From Rhina ancylostomus (Eukaryota): a stretch of DNA of 64,000 bases. Positions 24,923 to 36,444 of this stretch are shown one piece after another. The number at the start of each line of letters is the position of its first letter. Positions within the stretch are counted from its first letter, which is position 1. Made by a program: the position numbers and the translations under genes. The DNA lies in assembly GCA_030265395.1 (NCBI GenBank), contig JARFYF010000002.1:56663271-56727270 (forward strand). Direction: 5' to 3'. A model generated the notes under the pieces. That model was not told the origin of the DNA, searched no databases, and saw only the letters and a list, made by a program, of their open reading frames with translations.

Positions 24923-27900
24923 AAAGATATGGAGCTCCCTGCTGTTCTCCACAAAGCTTTAAGTAAGGGTACTTTTCTCCCTGACAGGAGTGGCTGTCAG
25001 GGGCCTGATGCCAGGAATCTCAGAAAAGGGTGATGTCATCATATAGGCTGAGCACCAATCAGAGTGGAAAAATTCAGACAGACAGAGCCAACCAGGAAGG
25101 AAGATGCAGTTTGCAAGAAAGATTGCAGTACATGCATGAACAATAACAGGAACTGAAAAATCACATGCCAAGTTAGAAAATTTTTATTTTAAAATCAGTG
25201 AAATTGAGATAATATTAGACCCCATGCATAAAGGTTAGTAAGTCAAGAAATAAAGTGGTTGTTCAGGAGCAATTGTGAATTGATATACCTTTTAAAATTT
25301 TCATTACTCATTCAACAAGTCATTGCATTTTCAGTGGTTTTATGGAAAGGATGAATTTAAATACACATCATATCATTGATTCTGTGTCGCTCCTTGGCAA
25401 AAATTGCAGTACCACACCCAATGCAGGACCACAATATCATAACTTGTGGATTTGCTTGTTTCCCTTTTGTATGTGCAGATATCAGATATTCAGATGTTGA
25501 AGCTGGTAATTTACTGTATATAAAAAAAAGCCCAGATAATTAAAGCATAATACTCTGCATTGGATTTATTGAGGTAGAGATTCACAGAAGTATATTTCTC
25601 AATCTGTCATAGGAAATCATTTAATAGAGAAAAGGAAGGGGTCATTAATCCTGGACTATTAATAAATTCACTCTAGCAATGGAAAAGACTGCCCATGCAG
25701 TTTGGGCAGAGTAGCATAGGGGAGGTGAAGTGAAGTTGTGGGAGGAGACAAAAGCAGTCCTGACAGTTCATTAAAATAACAAGTATATAGAAATTAATTT
25801 ATCATCTATGCGATCAACTAATTTCATATTTATATAATTGTCACATTCTAACTGAAGCCTTAATGTTGGACAGAGGAAATAAATTGAAAGTTGGAAAAAT
25901 AGGAAATCAAAAGAATTCAGAAACCCAATAGACATTCCAATTAAAAGTCATTCTCTATAGCACAACGTTTTCTGCACAACTTTTGAGTTCGTGTGGATGA
26001 TTTTACTTTGTTGTATGTTCCTCATTAAGGCAGTTTTGACAAATGCACTTGCCACTGCAGTTAATAAATGTGTCTAATAAACTAGATTTTTATTTGAATT
26101 TTCAAGTGAACTGTTACCAAAATCATTCTATCTTAGCTTGTCTTCGTGTTCTTCATAGGAGTTGAATGGAGAAGGAATCTGTAGTTTGTCATACTTTGTA
26201 TTGATAGGAGATATAGATGCACTGGAGAAAGTTAACAATGTTTCAAATTTTTTGGAATGCTGCTTGACATCCATGCTGTTTGAATGTCTAGAAAAGCTTA
26301 AAATAAAACTTAAATGGGGTGCTCATCTGAGAAATCGGTTCTTTTATGTAATAGTTTGAACCATAAGAACTTTGGAATGTGGCAAAGATAATGGGCTAGT
26401 CCTTTGAGAAACGTTGGCAAGACATTGTTTTGCTGGCATTTGGAGAAAATAATTTTGAATTAAATAGGTTTCAAAAATAATAAAAATTAGCAAATGCAGA
26501 GTTCACTAATTATGGGGAATAGTGTAATAAATAGGATTATGCTTTGCTCTCAACCGCAGGCAATTAAATCAGTGGCCAGCATTCTATATCATAGGCAAGT
26601 TTACCTAATAAGGGTGTGGAAGCTATATCTGTTGACTACAGATTTGAATTTGACAAAAGAAGTTGTACAAGAAGTAAAAATGCAGAATATAAGTATGCAA
26701 TATATATTGTGATGAAATGTTATCAATTTAGTCATTGCTACTTAATATTGCAGCAATATTTCAGGGAATCTCGATTCTATTGGTCCTGAGGGGATTATGA
26801 CTGCACCAAAGAGTTTTATGAGCTTTTCATTCAGGCTTGGTTGGGTGTGAGAGAATGAGAGTTGTGCATGTTGCCAAGAAAATGACTGCTCGACTGTGTG
26901 GTTACTGGTTCTTCAAACAAGTCTAGACACACATCTGACTTTCTTAAATTGTATCTGCAGTAACAAAATTGTCAGTTAACACCATATTTTTTTTCTATGT
27001 GAAGCATTACAGCCAGTAGTTTGTAACATTCCAGGTTCTAAATGTTGGCCAGTGTGATCCTGTGTATTTCTAACTTGGAAATCTGAGGTAGGTTTTTTTA
27101 AAATCACAAATGTGTTTCTTGTAATGTATAGATAAGCAATTCTTAATGTATTTTATGGCATTTTTCATATTGACTGCTCCTGTCTCAGTTATTTTGAAGA
27201 AATAGAGTATCTCACTGAACTACAATACCAATGGAGTTTCATTTTTGAGCCATTTCTAGTGGCAGTAGAAGTCAAACAATGGTAAGTGCAAAATTGTGCT
27301 GAAAGTTTATGCTTTTTGTTTATTGTCTCGTGTATGTATTTTCTGTTTCATTTTTATTCTCTACATGATATTATCATAATTGTACCTGTGTTCATTGAGA
27401 AATGCTTGAGCTTGGTATTTGTTGAGTTGAGGAGCTTTGTTTTAACACAGCTAACTGCAGTGAGTGGTTAGCTGTTGCCGAGTTGCTCTCTGAACATTGG
27501 AGAGATAGAAATTTAAAGTTGCCTACTTAAAACTGCCAAGATTTTAAAGTTGTGAAGGTTGGGTGGAAGTTGTTTTATATGGCATATTAAAAGCCAGTTT
27601 GGAGGTTAATGAATTTTTCCAGCTTCTGATGCAACTGAGTGAACTGACCAGGTAGACAGTCTATTCATTCTTGTGGTTCTTGTGTGTTCTCATAAAAATT
27701 CATGGTGTTTTTAAAAATAGGTACATAAATTCTAGATTTTGTTTTCTATGGTGTGTGGGACATTGTTGTAATAAGAACTTGAAGCTTTGGGACCATTGCC
27801 TTTATCTGCTCTTAGATTCTATTGCTGCTGTTTGAGGGGTGCTTTGTTTGTTCGGTACCTTGTAAAAAAAATGGCTTTTTTTTAAACTGGGAGGCTGATG

Positions 27901-29532
27901 TAATGGTGTGCTTGCAGCAGCTGCAAAGAATGCAGAACAATGGCTGGTTACGCAGCTGCTTTAGCCTCACAGGATCACTCAGCAGCATTGCTTTCAACAG
28001 CTTGCAGTCACTTCAGTTAAGTTGACATTAAGGTCAGGATTGCAATGGAAAAGTAAAACAACATACAAAATGAGAATGGAAAATGCTGGAAATTCCCAGC
28101 AGGTCAGGCAGCATCTGCGTTGCAGGTATATGATCTTGGGTTGAATAACGTTTTCAAGACATCTGGCCAGAGCTATCAGATCACAGGGCGGTGGGGGAGC
28201 ATGAAACAGATTATTGGAGAATCAAAGCTAATAACAGTCTTCACACATTTACATAGTTTGGTCTCCACCTGAAATCTGAGCTGAATTGGATCTGTTTCCA
28301 GGTGCCATAGTTAGTCTTTAGAAAATTCAGATCAGTATAGGTATGATCTTTTTTATTTATCAGGCTTCATCTTATCTATTGATTGGTGTGATAGTCCATA
28401 GAACATTCTGTTGATGGTATCTGCTCCGTATTACAAGACCAGTGTTCTGTGAGCAATAGCCATTAATCAAAGAGATTTTGGGGGTGCTGCACCTCTACAA
28501 TTGCCATCCAGCTCAAGCTCTGCTTTCCCTTTTGGCCCACAGATGGATGAAATGCCTAACACCAGGTTTTACCTCTCACCAACTTGCTGTTGCTCTTCCT
28601 CCACTCCTTTCTTCTGAGTGTGAGATGTAATTCAACATCCATCCAATAAGAAGCAAATTTCTTTCTCTTTTCCCCCACCCCACAATCCATGGAGAAACAA
28701 GGAGTTTCTTATCGAGGAGTATTTCACCACTGTCTCTGAGGAGGATGCAGTTTTTTTTTCTCCCTCCTCCCTCTCCCATAGAGATCCAACTGGGCCCTAG
28801 TCACTTGGCTCCCACTGCCTCTGAAAGAAAATTTGACCTATTTTGCATTTCCCTTCCACTTCTTCTTAAACAGCCATGAACCCGACTCAGTACCTCTCTC
28901 CCACTCCTTTCTAACGTCTCTCCTTTCTCAATGACTTCCTCACCCTCGCAGTGAAGAAATGGGCATATTATCAAAATGATGCACCATCCTCTATTACACC
29001 TTTTACCGTCTCCTCCTCTACCTGACTCCAGTTATTAAACCACCTTCCACATTTCTTTATTTGGTTGCTGGATATGTGCTGCATCATGGGAGGTTTGCTA
29101 GTCCACTGAAAGAAACACTAGAAAAATACAAAAAGAGATGAAAATAAATTTAAGGGAACTGTTATTAAACAACTTTCTTCCTCGTTAACACTTATAACCA
29201 CACAGTTTCATAAAATCCTTGTGGTTGAATGTTAAAACCACTTTTATTATAGAATGTATAAGCTGAGCAAGCAAAATGTCTGTGATGCTGAGGAGCTAAT
29301 AAGAATGAATTAATTACATCTTATGTAGGAGTTGAAAGAGATAAGGAATTCTGATTAGATACCTTCCAAATTACTCATTTCGTGCTTTGGTGTTTTATTT
29401 TGTAAATATGCAGTGCCATTTTTGTATTTCTATTTTTTTACTAAAAGCTATCTCTTGCTGCTATAAATTGTGTCAACATTTTGTAGTTGATTGCCAAATG
29501 TAAGCAGGCGGTTTAAAATGCCTCTGAAGAAG

Positions 29533-29535
29533 AAG
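29533..29535 (+). CDS. ASXL2: ASXL2 exon 3 position (3-nt microexon AAG; probably the 3' end of a longer exon from 29448 or 29487)
   Basis: ag|AAG|gtgacg gives AG+A AG+T = Arg-Ser, restoring the conserved KEIRSGTSP. The other agAAGgt matches I found between exons 2 and 4 lie inside repeats. Confidence 0.7.
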
Positions 29536-29981
29536 GTGACGTACATATCATTCACCAGGATAGCTGGGGGGCTCAACAACTGCTGATTGTAAGTTGCTTT
29601 TAATGTCAAGGTTGCCAGCAGTGTTTAACAGCATAACTTTAGAAAACTCCATTACTCTTGAGCAACAAAAGCTGGAATTTGAGGCATTGAGATGTCACTC
29701 AATAAAAAGCAAATTTCTCTTCTCCACCCCCCCGCCCCGCACACACGCGCGCACACACACTCATGGAGGGGAAAAAAAAAACAGTGACCCTTACCCAAGG
29801 AGTATTTCGACTCTGTCTCCTTAGCGCAAATCAAAACCAAACCTTTTGTTCTTTTGTTACTTTGGTCTCCTTCATGAAAAATACTGAAGCATCCAATAGT
29901 TTTCCTGTTATTTATCTAAAACTTAATATACGAAAGTGGCAAAAGGTGCATTTGTGTTTGTCGAATTCTAGATCCCACCTA

Positions 29982-30112
29982 CAGTGGCATACAAAAGTTT
30001 GGGCATACAAAAGTTTGGGCACCCCGGTCAAACTTTGTTACTGTGACTAGCTAAGTGAGTAAAAGATGACCTGATTTCCAAAAGGCATAAAGTTAAAGAT
30101 GACACATTTCTT
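29982..30112 (+). mobile_element. Tc1/mariner terminal inverted repeat (left end)
   Basis: TA (29980-29981) followed by CAGTGGCATACAAAAGTTTGGGC...ACCCC, a typical Tc1 TIR; runs into an N gap. Confidence 0.8.
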
Positions 30113-30599
30113 NNNNNNNNNNNNNNNNNNNNNNNNNNNNNNNNNNNNNNNNNNNNNNNNNNNNNNNNNNNNNNNNNNNNNNNNNNNNNNNNNNNNNNNN
30201 NNNNNNNNNNNNNNNNNNNNNNNNNNNNNNNNNNNNNNNNNNNNNNNNNNNNNNNNNNNNNNNNNNNNNNNNNNNNNNNNNNNNNNNNNNNNNNNNNNNN
30301 NNNNNNNNNNNNNNNNNNNNNNNNNNNNNNNNNNNNNNNNNNNNNNNNNNNNNNNNNNNNNNNNNNNNNNNATGATGGGAAGATGATATGCTGGTATATG
30401 CTTTACACAGCTGTCCAAACTCTGTTTTCATTTAGGGGAACCCAAATCAGTAAAGATTGGAAATGAAAATGGGATTGAGCGAGGGAGAGAAGCAGAGATG
30501 AAAGGTGCAACTAACAAAAAGCAAAAAGATAAAATATTTTTAATATCTCCAACACTAATGAATTCTGGAAGGAATGAGTCTCAACATATGAAATGTCTT

Positions 30600-31570
30600 A
30601 GAACAAAAAATAAACTGCTGTCTCGCAGCACCTGTGGAGGCAAAAGGCCGGTTGATGTTTTGGTTCACGACCCTACATCTGGACTGAAAGTGTGGAGGGA
30701 AGAGTGCCAGTATATAGCACTGAGAGGGATGGTTGCGACAAGATGGTGGCTTAGAAGTGGAACCAGATGAAGCAGGGAATGATGGGCAGATGGGGCAAGG
30801 TGGTGCAGGGAGGGGAATGGGTAGAGGTGATAGATGGAAGCAGATAAGTGAGGGACAATGGGCAGATGGAAGCAGGTGGAGGAGGGGATAAGAAAGGTGA
30901 ACAAAGGGGGAGGGAACCTGGGTGGACTGGTGGGAATGAAGGGGGTTACCTGAGATCGGAAAATTCTGTGTTCACACCATTTGTGTTTTAGGCTGCCCAA
31001 GTGGAATAGGAGGTGCTGTAGTTCGAGTTTCCATTTGGCCTCACTGTGGCAGTGGAGAAGGCTGAGGATCGATAAGTCAGTGTCGGGAAGGGAAGTTGAA
31101 ATGATAAGCAGCTTAGAAGCTCAAGGTGGCTGTTGCAGATAGAGCACAGGTCTCTGCAACAGCCACCTCTGCAGCAGCATCTCTGCCAAACTGTGTCACC
31201 TAGTCTACGCTTGATTTCACCAATGTAGAGGAGGCCACATCACGAGTCCCAGATGCGATAGACCATGTTGAAGGAGCTGCACTTGAATCTCTGTCTCACC
31301 TGGAAGGGCTGTTTAGGTCCCTGGATGGTGGTGAGGGAGGAGGTGTAAGAACAAGTGTTGCACTTCCTGNNNNNNNNNNGTGGGAAGAGATGAGCAGATC
31401 AGGGAGTCATTTGGAGTGGTCCCTGAAGAAAGGTGGTTGAGAGGGGATGATGTGGCTGGTGGCAGGGTCCTGTTGGTGCTGGCCAAAGTGGTAAAGGGCG
31501 ATGTGCTGGATGCAGAGTCTGGTGGGGTAAAAGTTGAAGACCAAGGCAACTCTTATCTCTGTTCTGTCAG
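30600..31570 (-). mobile_element. Penelope-like element 3' part: GIY-YIG endonuclease and terminal repeat
   Basis: Minus strand RKCNTCSYTSSLTTIQGPKQPFQVRQRFKCSSFNMVYRIWDS*CGLLYIGEIKRRLGD (YIGE at 31216-31227), then KLELQHLLFHLGSL..NGVNTEFSDLR*, followed by the same arm seen in the hairpin repeats. Confidence 0.9.
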
Positions 31571-33211
31571 TTGAGAAGAGGGGTGTGGGAAATGGAGAAA
31601 ATGTGTGTTACATTTCGTGGGCTGGAGAGATGCTTGGCCATTTTNNNNNNNNNNNNNNNNNNNNNNNNNNNNNNNNNNNNNNNNNNNNNNNNNNNNNNNN
31701 NNNNNNNNNNNNNNNNNNNNNNNNNNNNNNNNNNNNNNNNNNNNTGTGCTATTAAATATCTCTTAAGTGGTCCAATCCTAACTTTTTATGTCATTTTCAG
31801 TGTGGAAATATTAGGTAGGAACACCATATAATGTTATTACATGGCAATGCTAAAGCTATCAGCAAGGTCTGTTTCAGCACAATCTTTGGGGAACAGGCTA
31901 TCTCTGACATGATCTCAACTAGAAATAGCTTTATTGACTAATGTGGCACAACTTTTAATATAATTATGAGCAGTACATATTTATAACATTGTAAATCAGA
32001 TACAAACTTTCATTTTAGCAGTGCTCTATTTAAGTACCCGAACGACAGGGACTAATTATAAATGAGTTCAAAACACATGAAGAGGAAATGAAGTTTGACA
32101 TCAGATGCCTGATTATACTTATTAATATATATTACTCCATTTTTGTGGTGTAAATTCATTTATTTATGTCAGACAACTGATCTAATTTTCCTTTCTTCTC
32201 TCCCTCACCCCCTTAGCTTACTATTTATTTTTTTCTGTATTTAATATCAGAAATAATGAAGTAGGTATTTTTTTTAAAAAAGGCCTTTGTTTCAGAACGT
32301 CATTGTTGCAAACATTTAGTCAACCTCATCAATCAAACAAATGAAAGGGAGAAAACTTGAAAGCATTCGTGGTACTGTTGGCTTTGAAGAACATGGTCAT
32401 TAGTTTCATTATTTTGATGTACGTTGAAGTCTGTGGCTAACCTGTTTTGGCTTTTGATACATCGTGATGTTCATTAGCTTGTGGATCTAAATGTTGCTGT
32501 CAAGTCACTGCAAGCCCAGCATGGAGTGGCAAAATTCTCAGCCTTCACTTTTTCCTTGAGGCACTCTTGTTTTTATCTCTTGCTGTGTGCTACAAGCCTA
32601 ACAGCAGGCTGTGAATTTGAATTTATGTATGTGTTTATAACAGTGGTTGATTGTTTTTAGTGGTGTTACAATAGATACATGCATCTTGGAAATACGGTAT
32701 GCTCAGAAATAAATTTGCATCAAGTGCTAACAACTTTAATCGTTTTGGTATGAAATGCACCAGTTTTCAAGTTCTTCCGTTATTTTTAGAATCGTTGCAA
32801 AAATCCTTGCTGTATATTTGATAACTGCAGGAATAAGGAAACTGCAGCAAGGATATGGTTTGTTCTTTTGACAATAGAGCTTCCTCACTTAGAAAAAAAC
32901 TATATTGCAAATGGGGGAGGGGAGTATTTTAATTTTGTTTAAATATTATTCAGACTTTCATCAGTTGTATGCATGTGTCAATGCTGTAGTAAAGTTAGCA
33001 ATAAAAATAGAACAATGGGAAATTGAAAATGATGGTTGTCTTGCCTATTGCAGAATAAGGTTATATTGTCTTGACACTTGGTAGACTTCCCCTGGACAGT
33101 AAATTGGAAAGGAGTTTTAAATTGAAGCTGTAGGGACAGTTGGAGAGTACAGTTTTATGCATCTGTTAGGGAAGGTGACGCATTGAAGTTTCAGCAAAAA
33201 CAATAAATAAT

Positions 33212-33300
33212 AAGCAACATACAAAGGATCCGGAGGAACTCAGTGGGTCAGGCAGCATCAATGGAGGGAAATGCATTGTTGATGTTTGAGGTCTAGACCT
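33212..33300. repeat. Single Penelope-derived arm
   Basis: ggaggaactcagtgggtcaggcagcatcaatggagggaaatg. Confidence 0.75.
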
Positions 33301-33415
33301 TTAGAACACTACAGCACAGAAAGAAGGCCATTTGGCCCTTCTAGTCTGTGCCGATACTTTATTCCGCTAGTCCATTTACCTACACCCAGTCCATAACCCT
33401 CCAGACCTCTCGCAC
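33301..33415 (-). mobile_element. CR1 3' end abutting the Penelope arm
   Basis: agaacactacagcacagaaagaaggccatttggcccttctagtctgtgccg is a reverse CR1 tail. Confidence 0.75.
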
Positions 33416-34098
33416 CTTTCTGAAAGTTGACATAAATGTGAAAAGAATATTAATTTGTCTCTTCAATAATTTAATATTTGAAATAGTGAACTGTTTTAAA
33501 TTACATATCTCCTAGTTGTACAAAAGAGATCAATAATTTGTGTTGCCATGTTATTGTCTTGTTCAGGGATGGGTGCTGTGATTAGTACAGACACTCTAGC
33601 ACGAGTGCAGCTCTGCTATAAATTGTGTAGAGGAGGAAGGAATGAGGCCCAAAATGGTGGATTTGTGTTACCAACACTTTTTTGTTAATAAATAAACAGA
33701 AGTGTTTCTCAATTATTGAATTTCTTTTTACTCACAGTAACTGTAACTTTGAACGTGTATCAGTAACCTAAACCTTTGGTAGAAGTGCTGACAGTTCAGT
33801 GTGGGATTGCCTTTTTAACCTCCCATAACTGTTTGAGTCCAGTGGGGGAACACAAACTTCATTTATTTCCCAGCACTTACACTGGGAAATCTATCCACTG
33901 AACCTGCATTGGGTTAGGATGTTACGTTTTTTGCTTTGTAGTTTTAATTTAAGTGCACTTAGTAGAAGTTAAATGCTCTCTGCTNNNNNNNNNNNNNNNN
34001 NNNNNNNNNNNNNNNNNNNNNNNNNNNNNNNNNNNNNNNNNNNNNNNNNNNNNNNNNNNNNNNNNNNNNNNNNNNNNNNNNNNNNNNNNNNNNNNNNN

Positions 34099-34245
34099 GA
34101 CCCTTCCTCAGGACTAGGTAGTTCTGAGGACTACCAGACTGGCTAGTCCCCAGGAAGGATCCTGGCCCGAAACGTCGACTGTCCATTTTCCTCCATAGAT
34201 GCTGCCTGACCCACTGAGTTCCTCCAGCATTTTGTGATTTGCTCC
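34099..34245. repeat. Penelope-derived hairpin with head-to-head hammerhead remnants
   Basis: gacccttcctcaggact (minus strand agtcCTGAGGAagggtc) and agtc-cccagga-aggatcctggccc-GAAACGTC-gact, then the arm atagatgctgcctgacccactgagttcctccagca. Confidence 0.8.
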
Positions 34246-34679
34246 ATATGTGTTCTGGTTTTTCTGTGCTTTCATATTAACTTAAATTTTTTTTGTTATC
34301 ATGTCTGCTTTTTAACGGTTGTGAAGGTCAGGGCCTCACTGAGCAACTTGGAGCTGGCTTGCCTCCAGAAGTTTGTGCTCAGTGCCCTCTTCCAATAGCA
34401 GCAAGTTTAATGGGCCCAGAGAGCACTGATGGATCATCTCTCAGCTCAAGATCTGGGCCATTATGTGCGAAAGGAATCGAGAAATTACGCTTAGCACTTC
34501 TTGCTGGGGCCACATTAGATTCTGTAGCTTATTCTTCAATATTATAAGCCTCATCCTCTATGTGGAAGGTGGTAATTTTTGTTTAGGCTGAAACTGAGGC
34601 AAACACTTCCCTCCATGATACTGCCCTTGACTATTTCCAGGTTAACTTTTGTATTGAAGTGTGCAATACTTCATGATTT

Positions 34680-35300
34680 ACATGGATTGGAGCAAAGTGA
34701 ATATGTCATTCTTTAATGTAATGGTGTTTGCTTTTTTATTGCAGAAGGGAATTCCATCCTTCTGGCATTCTTTGATTGAAGTGATTACTAAATTCTCTCT
34801 GGAATACTGGGCTCTGACGGTTATGTTATGTTCCCTTGAATAAGACTTCTCCACCAGTGGGAGAAGTTTACAAACCTTTTTTTTCAAATTTCTAAGTACC
34901 TTGATGAAATCATTCTTTAAATTCCAAGGAATGCATGCCCAGTTTCTGTAATCTTAACTTAATCCTGGGTGTCCTGCTGCCAATGTATTGCTACAATCAT
35001 TTCAAGGCTAATTTTACAGTTCCAAGGTGTAGAAGCCCAAAGCTGTTGGTCCAGATGTGGTTAAACCAATGCATACCAGAGCTGTCACCAAACATTCTCC
35101 TCTTTATATATTCGACTTCTGGAGATATGAAGCACGGCATTCCTTCCAAATGTTTTAATTGTACCATTGTATGGTACTTTGGTAGATGTATGCAGTCCCT
35201 TAAATCTCATTGCATTGCCATTGTTCCCAGTTCAGTATTTACATTTTACAGTTTTGAGCGTCTTGAACATACTCAAGAAATTCACTATTTTCTCTGATTT
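34680..35300 (-). mobile_element. Old CR1 fragment
   Basis: Reverse strand shows decayed RPHLEYCVQFW-like and LQKLGMHSLEF segments. Confidence 0.55.
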
Positions 35301-36408
35301 TTTTTGCTTACTCTGCTCTTTCTCCTGTGAAAACATTTCTGTTTTTGTGGTGGTGCAAGGGTCATTAGAAGAATCAATAGCAAAAGCTGCTGTTTGAAAC
35401 GGTGAACTATGAATGTGGTCTGATATTATTGAACTAAACATGTAGTTCAGAATGTACCTCATTGAAATATAAGGTGCAATTCCTTGAACTTCTGTTGAAC
35501 TTCATTGGGAACTATAAGAGGCCAAGGTCAAAATGGGAGGGAGAGGAACAATAAAAAAAAGGAGCGTTCAGGATAATACTTGCAGTCTGAATGGAAGAAC
35601 TGTGTTCTTTATAGTTAATTGAGTTTCATTCCTACACTGAGGAAGCAAAGGGCAGAAGAGTTCAGAATGGAAGTGTGATGGAGAATTAACTAGAAACTTG
35701 GAGGATACTGTTTGTACAAGGTCAAACTGATGAAAACTACTGTTTTCATTTTAAACACCACGGAATCTAAAGTGCTGATGAACTAAAGCATGTAAATTTT
35801 TGTGTGTGTGAGTAATCAAAGTTGATATTGGTGCAAGACTTGCAGGTAATTGATGTAAACGGGAAACTAATCATGGCATTCCCCATGTAATGAGTTGGAT
35901 TTAAATTTCCCTGGGTGGTGAGGATTTGGAGGGGGGGGGTGCGGCGATGGGTGGTGGGTAGATAGCATGTAGAAAATCCAGGGCAGTACAGCACATCACT
36001 GAGCAGCTCTTTAACCCAGTCAGTGCATACAATAAGAACAAATAAATTATACTCAGTTAATGCTGAAAGAACATTTTAATCACTTGTAATAAAACATTCA
36101 AGATACACTACAAGCACAGAAACTTGAACATTCTGATGAGGTAAATCCAAAAGCAATGAAAAGTGTAAATTTGCAAATGTTAAGAATATGGTTCAATATT
36201 CCTTGGCACGTATGCTGATCTGACATGTGACACATATGAATAGTAATTGTGCAAAAGGTGATGTATGCCCAGTTGTCAGCATATTGACTTATAAGACCCA
36301 AGACACAAAATAGCAGTTATGTTTTCACTCGTGCCATTGGGTACAAAGATGGAATTAAATAGGCAATTTCCTTTTGATGCTGAAAAATACCTCAACCAAG
36401 CAAACACC

Positions 36409-36410
<2 letters not shown>

Positions 36411-36442
<32 letters not shown>
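36411..36442 (+). repeat. (GT)16 microsatellite
   Basis: 32 nt perfect GT repeat, read directly. Confidence 0.98.

Positions 36443-36444
<2 letters not shown>

Noticed and set aside
26710-26790. GTGATGA...CTGA spacing like a C/D snoRNA
   Set aside because: No terminal stem and no rRNA or snRNA complementarity that I could recognise.
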